Of a stretch of 64,000 nt of DNA, positions 55,688-64,000 are shown piece by piece; the first letter of the stretch is position 1; the number at the start of each line of letters is the position of its first letter. Both the position numbers and the translations under genes were made by a program. The notes below the pieces were generated by a model. The model saw only the letters and a program-made list of their open reading frames with translations. It was not told the DNA's origin and made no database searches. The DNA lies in contig JADIIX010000025.1 in the NCBI GenBank assembly GCA_027604505.1, forward strand, positions 124,001 through 188,000. Direction: 5' to 3'. This stretch comes from Gonapodya sp. JEL0774 (Eukaryota).

Positions 55688-57131
55688 ATGGGAACAGGAA
55701 AGGATGACCAGTCCTCACTTGGCAGTTGCCCTGTCCACAGTGAGGAATCAATGATGTTCTGTATCACCTTTGATAAGATTTTCGGTCACAGATATCACAC
55801 GCGTTGTAGCGCTCACACTCCGCACTGTGATCTAGAGCTATGGGTTCCACCGTTTCAGACGCTTTCGTTCGCATCATCAAAGCGGAAAAGCTGCGTGTAG
55901 GTGACATCGTGAGGTGAGCACTTTTCACTTCATCGCAGCACGATTATTTCACACTTTGACGATATCTGTTGTTCCATCCGCAGCTCAGATCCTTACGTCA
56001 TTGGAACCTTCGTTTTCCCTGACCGGTCTTTCTCGAATTCCGTCGGCTTTCGGACAAGAACAATTCACAACACACTGACACCTTTTTACGACGATGACAT
56101 CGAGGTTTGGGAATTCGGAAACATCCCACCAAAGTCTGAGCTACGCTTTGTTATTCGAGATCGAGACCAGGGATTGGAAGAAGATGACCTGTTGGGAGAA
56201 TGTGCCGTAACCTTTCCTGTAACCACTGACAACTCCGAGATGACTCTTCCGGTAATTTGGAACGGTGGACAGCGTGGAACGCTCACCGTTCGCATAACGA
56301 CTCGACAATCGAGTGCGATTCGTCAGGGGCCTCCTACTCGCAGAGGCCGGCTACATTATACTCGTTTTGATTCTATTTCGATGGGATTGATCACCGCCTC
56401 GAAGGCTGATTTTGCTACAAATCGGCTAGGGATTGCATTTTCGTTCTGGGAGGTGGAGCTCAACAAAGTCGACGATTTCGATGTTGCATTACGAGTATAT
56501 CCGTGGAACAAGTCCTATCCACCTGGGCAAAAAATCTACGCCGACACCCCCAGCGCAAGGTTGATTCGCGGTATGGTACATAGAGAGCACATCGGTCTCT
56601 ACCATCGTCGTGGCGATCAGCTTTCACAACGTGGCTTGATTGCGAATGGAGATGAATTCCTCCGAATATTCAACTACGGGAAACGGCAGAATATTTCCCG
56701 AGTATTTACCTATGTCGTGGTGGATGCTCCGAACGATGGAGGACCGTTTTTAAGGTTCTCGGAGACAGGATCAAGCTTTACCAAAGACTTTGCTAGCAAA
56801 CATGCGGTTCATGCCAATGCCGCAACAGATGTTCGTGTCGCGGGGGAATTTATTGTGATAGGGGGACAAGATGGCGAGGGATACACTTTGGTTTTAGACA
56901 ATGCCTCCGGTACATTTGGGCCCGACTTGGATGGTGTATTGCGACTGGTGAGGTTCACTTTCGTTGAATATTCCTCTCGTCATCATTCAAAATGCAGTTT
57001 CAACCCGCAAGGCTAAAAACCTTGAAACAAACCTTCCGGGTTTGAAAGTTGCTGCTTACGCGTTTGACGATCCAAACTTAACCGCTATGAAAAAGCCGAT
57101 TGCAGATCAGTCAAATGGTCTGGCCAAATGA
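55688..57131 (+). CDS. C2-domain protein with uncharacterised C-terminal domain
   Basis: VRIIKAEKLRVGDIV|SSDPYV...RTRTIHNTLTP...FVIRDRD...DDLLGE (C2), then FSETG..F..DFASKHAVH...AGEF...LDNASGTFGP; first exon uncertain. Confidence 0.8.
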
Positions 57132-57725
57132 TTGATTCTCACTTTTATTACCGCTCTCACAATGACTTATTTTATGTAATCACCTGCGAATGTTTGTTCA
57201 TATAGCATCAAGCTGACTCTACCAACCTCGTCATCAAGAATAACAGAGTTACTCCCATAGAAAGAGTGTTATTCTGTCCCTTTGTTGAGCTCCGGTGTTC
57301 ATTAGTTGCTTGGCAACAACCAGTCGGAAAACGGGCGTTGAGACGTTGTTTGAGAAACACGCCCACCAAACCTAAGAGTAGTGTGACTTAGCTAATTTGT
57401 TGATAATTGATCATCTATCATTGTCAGCCAACTACGGTCGAGAATAGATGAGCGACTAGTCCATTCGACGATTCTAATATCCAAGAAGGGATGAATAGGA
57501 TCACTACGATTAGGTGCATGCTCATTGCAAATTTGTAGTTATTAGAAAAGCGAGTCAAATTTTGAATGGTTCGCGTTTTCAGACGAACCTGCACTTCTGG
57601 TAACCCTGACGTGCAAACCCATATTGAGGTGGCAAAGCAACCCGAGTTCCGAGTCACCACTTCGTCACTAATTCATTTCTCGCACACATTAAGCATTCAT
57701 CTCACGAGCTTTCAATTTCAGCACA

Positions 57726-59478
<1,753 letters not shown>

Positions 59479-59740
59479 AGAATTGGAATGTATAATCTCC
59501 TATGTTGTCGCTAGCAAATCAATAGATTGGTATTGTTCCGAATCTGTAGCGAGATGTGTGATTTCTGCACGGACCATGAAGGAGCTGGGAATCGACCACT
59601 TCACCCGTTGCCTAAGGACCACTCATCGATTCAGCATCCCATTTGATCGTGCCATGCATCATTTCTCTCTTTCTTATCTTCAAGACCACGTTCCCCCCCG
59701 ACCACGACAAGCACTGGCTGGCCGACAACGGACTATTGGT

Positions 59741-62673
59741 ATGGAGCCCATTATTTACGGGATTTGTTGCCTAGCCATAACCATCATGCCCGCGTTAGGC
59801 ATGCCAGAGAGTGAGTTTACGGGAGCAGTGGGTTTGCGAGGCATAAGTCTCATGCGGGTGAAGTTTCATGTCCTCTCGATCCGTTCATAAACTCCAGTGC
59901 ATCTTAACCCCCTTACCTCCTCTTACGCGATCGCATCACAAAAGCATCCACTCGACTTTCGACGACTGGAGTGGCTGAGCCAGAGTTCACATGTGTTGGA
60001 GCCAGTCACTCTTCACCTTCATATTGAGGAGCAATCGCGCAACTCGACAAATATACAAACCACGGAAATCGAATCTTCTGAATGGGACTTGACGCTAGAA
60101 CTTGAGCCCAATAAACACCTGCTTGATCGGTTGAATCCAAATCTGAAGCGGGCCCATGCCTTCTCCATTCTCTCTGGAGTCGTACGTGGAATACCTGGAT
60201 CTGTTGCTCGGATTACCAAAGAAGATGACGGAATATTCGAAGGAAGCATTTTTGTTCCTGCGAATAGCTCTCTGCGATATGCGGGGCGATTCTCGAACGA
60301 AAATACAACGTTTTACTTAGAACGAATATTCGGGACCAAACGCATGGCTCTTTACCGCTCAAGTCACATTGAACGCACCACGACTCGAAATACAGGCTCC
60401 TCGATGAAGCGCGATGAAGCGCAAGAAATGTGTGGGTCACTTCGAACGGGACCTATTCGAAAGTCTCAATCCCTGGGAGCATCTTCGGTTATCTCATCTC
60501 CAAGCCTGTCAAAATACTCTTTTATGATCACCCCGAGACCTTCTTGGAGTGGTAGAGACTGTCCGGTCGCTTTAGTTGCGGATGCTTCTTTTCTGTCAAA
60601 ATACGGGGATGGAGCAGCGACAAAAATGCTGGGTGTGCTGAATGACGTGGACGCTATCTATAAGCGAGAATTTAATGGCGAGTACTTATCGAACTATTTG
60701 CATCCGCTGGATATCCGTTGGGACACTGAACCCTGGTTCAAAGTTGGTTTGCCGGTGACTTACCTGGCAATCATCTCCAACAAAACCGACATATCAGGTC
60801 TGGGCACTGCTTCCAACTCGATTTCCAATCTCTTGGACATGTTTTCACTGTCTGTGCGCACTGGGAGCATTCCAAACGCCACCACGCTCTCACAAACAAA
60901 TCCCTGTCTGGTACATCTGTTCACATTCCAAGATTTCTCGCCAACTTTGGGTCTCGCATGGACAGGCACCTCGAGCACAAACGGTGGTGTCTGTGCAACT
61001 TCGGGATATAACACAGGAGTCTCTACAAGCGTTTTGAGGGGGGTGCCCATCAGCAGAGCTGGATGGATTACGACTGTTGCGCATGGTAAGGAATGCGATC
61101 TTTCTTAATTTTAATGCATGTCATTTTTTTTCACCACTGTTCTTACAGAGATTGGGCACGGTTTTGGGAGCGACCATGATGGCGCTCACTCAGCGAAACC
61201 TCCCGGGAATCCCCCAGAATGTGCTCCGAGTGGAGGTAAGAGAACTCAGACAGAATTTGGTACCGCTAATTATAATGGCACCATAATACCCAGCACCCTT
61301 CATCATGTACCCAACTGTTGCGCCATCTCAAAACTCACAAAAGTTCTCAAATTGCTCCAATCTCCTCATCAAATCTTTCCTCAATGACCGAGCCAGCTGC
61401 TTCGTCCCCCAGTACGACAGTGTATCCCTGACTGATGACCTACCCGTCATCGGCTTGGGGAGCCCTCAGTTGGAAGATCAGTGTCAGATGATGTCTTCGG
61501 TTCTACCTGAATCGCCTCCCAACGGATACACAGACTGCCCTCTTTCGTACCTTCCACCAGATTACTTTTGTCGCTTGTCCTGCGTCAACCCTTCTTCGCC
61601 GGAATCTGGTCAATGCCTTACTTGGGTGTTTGGTGTGGCTCAAGTGCCTCTCAATAAGACAGACGGCACTCCTTGTGGTGCTACTAAAAACTCGACGCTC
61701 GTGTGTCTTGGTGGTATATGCCAGAACGATACGAGAAAGAACGTGTGTGATCCCAAGAATCCGTGTTGCGATGCATACGGAGCTTACAAACCAGAAACTC
61801 ACAGGTGCCGGAAAGCACCTCGTGGAAACAACTGCCGCAATGATGACTTTTGTAACGGTCTTGATGATAATTGTGGATTCAACGTGTCCCCTCCTGGCTC
61901 TGTCTGCAATGAAACTGGTGTTTGCGGGTCTGGTTCTTCCTTTGGAGTCTGCCTGTTGGGCGCATCGCCCACTGTTTCTCTGGGAGCGCAAGACATTGAC
62001 ACGAGCGCCAGGACTGTTTCCGGATCATCTTGCGGAAACATCACCTGTTCGAAGTTGGAGTCCTGCATAACAATTTCAACAAAGCAGGAATGCGTTCGAC
62101 TCTCTCCAGGTTCTTGCCGGTACTTGTGCGAATCCGGCAGTGCATTACCAACTCAGACAAATAGCTCTTGCACCTGTTCTTCTATGTGTCTGATCGATCA
62201 CTCATGTTGCTCTGACTATGAATCTTGGTGTATCCCGCAAGCTTCCGCTTTCAAGATTGAACAACAATCCTGGTGGACTACCACCACTATCGCGATCGTC
62301 GTAGGATCTGCAACCGCAGGAGTCTTAGTCTTTGCCATCTTGGCGGCATCATTAATTTTGTGGCGGCAACGTGCAGAATCACTTCCAACTACCAAGCTAG
62401 CACGACGACACAAAATGGTCAGCCCTGTGGTTTGCAGGATATTTTTGAGCATCATTTTGAACACACGATTCTTTGAATCTGCAGGGACCTAGTTCGCAGT
62501 CTGAGAGAAACCCTCCCCTTATTGTGGCGTCCACCACTGCTGAACTCCTCAATGCGTCTCCGGGAACCTCTACTTATATGGGACCGCAGCGTCATAGCTC
62601 CAGCAATCTTGAATCACCGGACAAATCAATTGATATTTTGCAATATCCTGGCGGCCTCGATGAGACTATTTAA
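59741..62673 (+). CDS. ADAM-like M12B metalloprotease: signal peptide, prodomain, reprolysin, Cys-rich/disintegrin-like, somatomedin-B-like, TM, cytosolic tail
   Basis: Cys-switch-like EMCG; TLGLAW; zinc motif AH|EIGHGFGSDHD split by an intron; Met-turn FIMYP; Cys-rich CDPKNPCC...C.G....C; TM IAIVVGSATAGVLVFAILAASLILW. Confidence 0.88.
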
Positions 62674-62773
62674 GTCGATATCAATAATAGCTTGCATATA
62701 ATACAAAGGAATGGTAATGTACTAGATGTTCTTATTAATACTCCTGCAAAGATTGCATAGTTTGCAAATGCAT

Positions 62774-64000
62774 TCACGCGTAGAACCTATAAAAACGAAA
62801 AAAGTGAAGCAAAGAGAGGACAATTCTCATTCGAAAGTCACTCACTTCTTGTTGAGAAGAAAGAGTAAGAGGTTGAGATTAACTTTTGCAACGTCAAACA
62901 GGGTCATAAATTGAACGCCATCATACTATAATGGGATGGTTATAGCACAAAATAATTGCGATGCCGGGTTCTCTCAATTCACCTGATCCTGAAGAAGATC
63001 ATCCAATCGCAGCTCCATCTGCTCAGTCACCTTCACTCCGAGTATTGTTGCATCAACTTTGAACACGCCTGGCTCGTTCGACGCTATGATGAGGGAGACC
63101 TGGCCATATCTGGTGCGAATACAATTGTAAACGTGATCACCCAGATTTGAAACAGAGAGCAGAAACGTACTGTTTAGCTGGGATGCCTTCCAACTCAATG
63201 AGCACGCCTTTCTGCTTCAAATCATCTGCATTATATTTTACCGATCCGAACTGGGGAACAGCACCCTGCCTTTCGAGGTCTCTCAGGTGCCAGAACTGCT
63301 TGGTGAAAAGCTTCGGACGTTTCCCATTCCGCCTAAATCATTCAATGTCACAGACCAACTCAGATGAGCACGAAACGAGAGAGAAGAGCTTACCCCTTTT
63401 TGTTGCTCAGCTGCTTCATGCATGCATTTATGTAGTCCTGGAAGCTCTTGATTTGTTCGCTCAGGAAGTCGCCTTTGGCCTCCAATATTGCCAGCGTCTC
63501 TTTTGCTCGTGTAATCTCCTGTTTTCTTTGCGCCCGCCGGCGATGCTTGTTCAAAATATCCTGATCAAGCAATTACTCTTAACGACGCAAAAATTTCATT
63601 GATTTGACACGAGAAACGTGGTACCTTTGCAATGTCATTAAGAAGCGCCTGATAATTGTCTTCTGCGCTGCATCGTCCCTCATCGGCCAGCTTGAGGATA
63701 TCCTTGAATGTTGCTTCTTTCAAGGCGGCGAAAGTCATACCAGTCATTGCGTCGGTACTTCCGTTCATCGAACCACTTCCATTCACATCGCGAGCTTGAC
63801 TACCCAGAACGTGCTCCTTGCTCATGCTCACGCGAACGATGGCACTGTGACTATTCTTCAAATCTCCACTCCTGTTGTCCCTCATTTCGCTTCCACGACG
63901 ATTTTTGTTGAGGCTGCTCTGCGAAGCTTCGGGTAGATTCTCGACGGATGCTGCCGCCGTGGCATCGCTGGCTTTCCTTCGAGCATCTCTTGCTGTCTCA
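62774..64000 (-). CDS. IQG1: 3' end of IQGAP-family protein (RasGAP_C domain); continues beyond the window
   Basis: NYQALLNDIAK|DI.NKHRRR..RKQEI, PQFGSVKYNADDLKQKGVL, LRLDDLLQDQ, KVNLNLLLFLLNKK|FYA*. Confidence 0.9.

Overview
Gene-dense, intron-rich eukaryotic DNA (most introns ~50-100 nt), most consistent with an early-diverging fungus; the taxon is inferred from gene content and intron style only. About 28 spliced protein-coding genes were reconstructed by hand. Housekeeping genes: RFT1, RPA43, AMP deaminase, PGK, COG8, NSL1-like, a CAMK kinase, acetoacetyl-CoA synthetase, PRMT1, PRP43, MOB4, GAPDH and the 3' end of IQGAP. Accessory-looking genes: two bacterial-type GST paralogs flanking PGK, a SAM methyltransferase, two tandem peroxiredoxin-like genes, two CRAL-TRIO genes, an ankyrin/coiled-coil gene, a PB1-UBA gene, a secreted tocopherol-cyclase-like gene, a C2-domain gene and an ADAM-like protease with a somatomedin-B module. 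No tRNA, rRNA, transposon or CRISPR was recognised. Strongest observations: an apparent GA-AG intron in one GST whose paralog has GT at the same position; a 6-nt microexon encoding a catalytic Glu of PRMT1; frequent AAG acceptors and GC donors; and intron-containing, bacterial-looking genes that are HGT candidates. Family calls come from recalled motifs, not database searches; exon boundaries are predictions.
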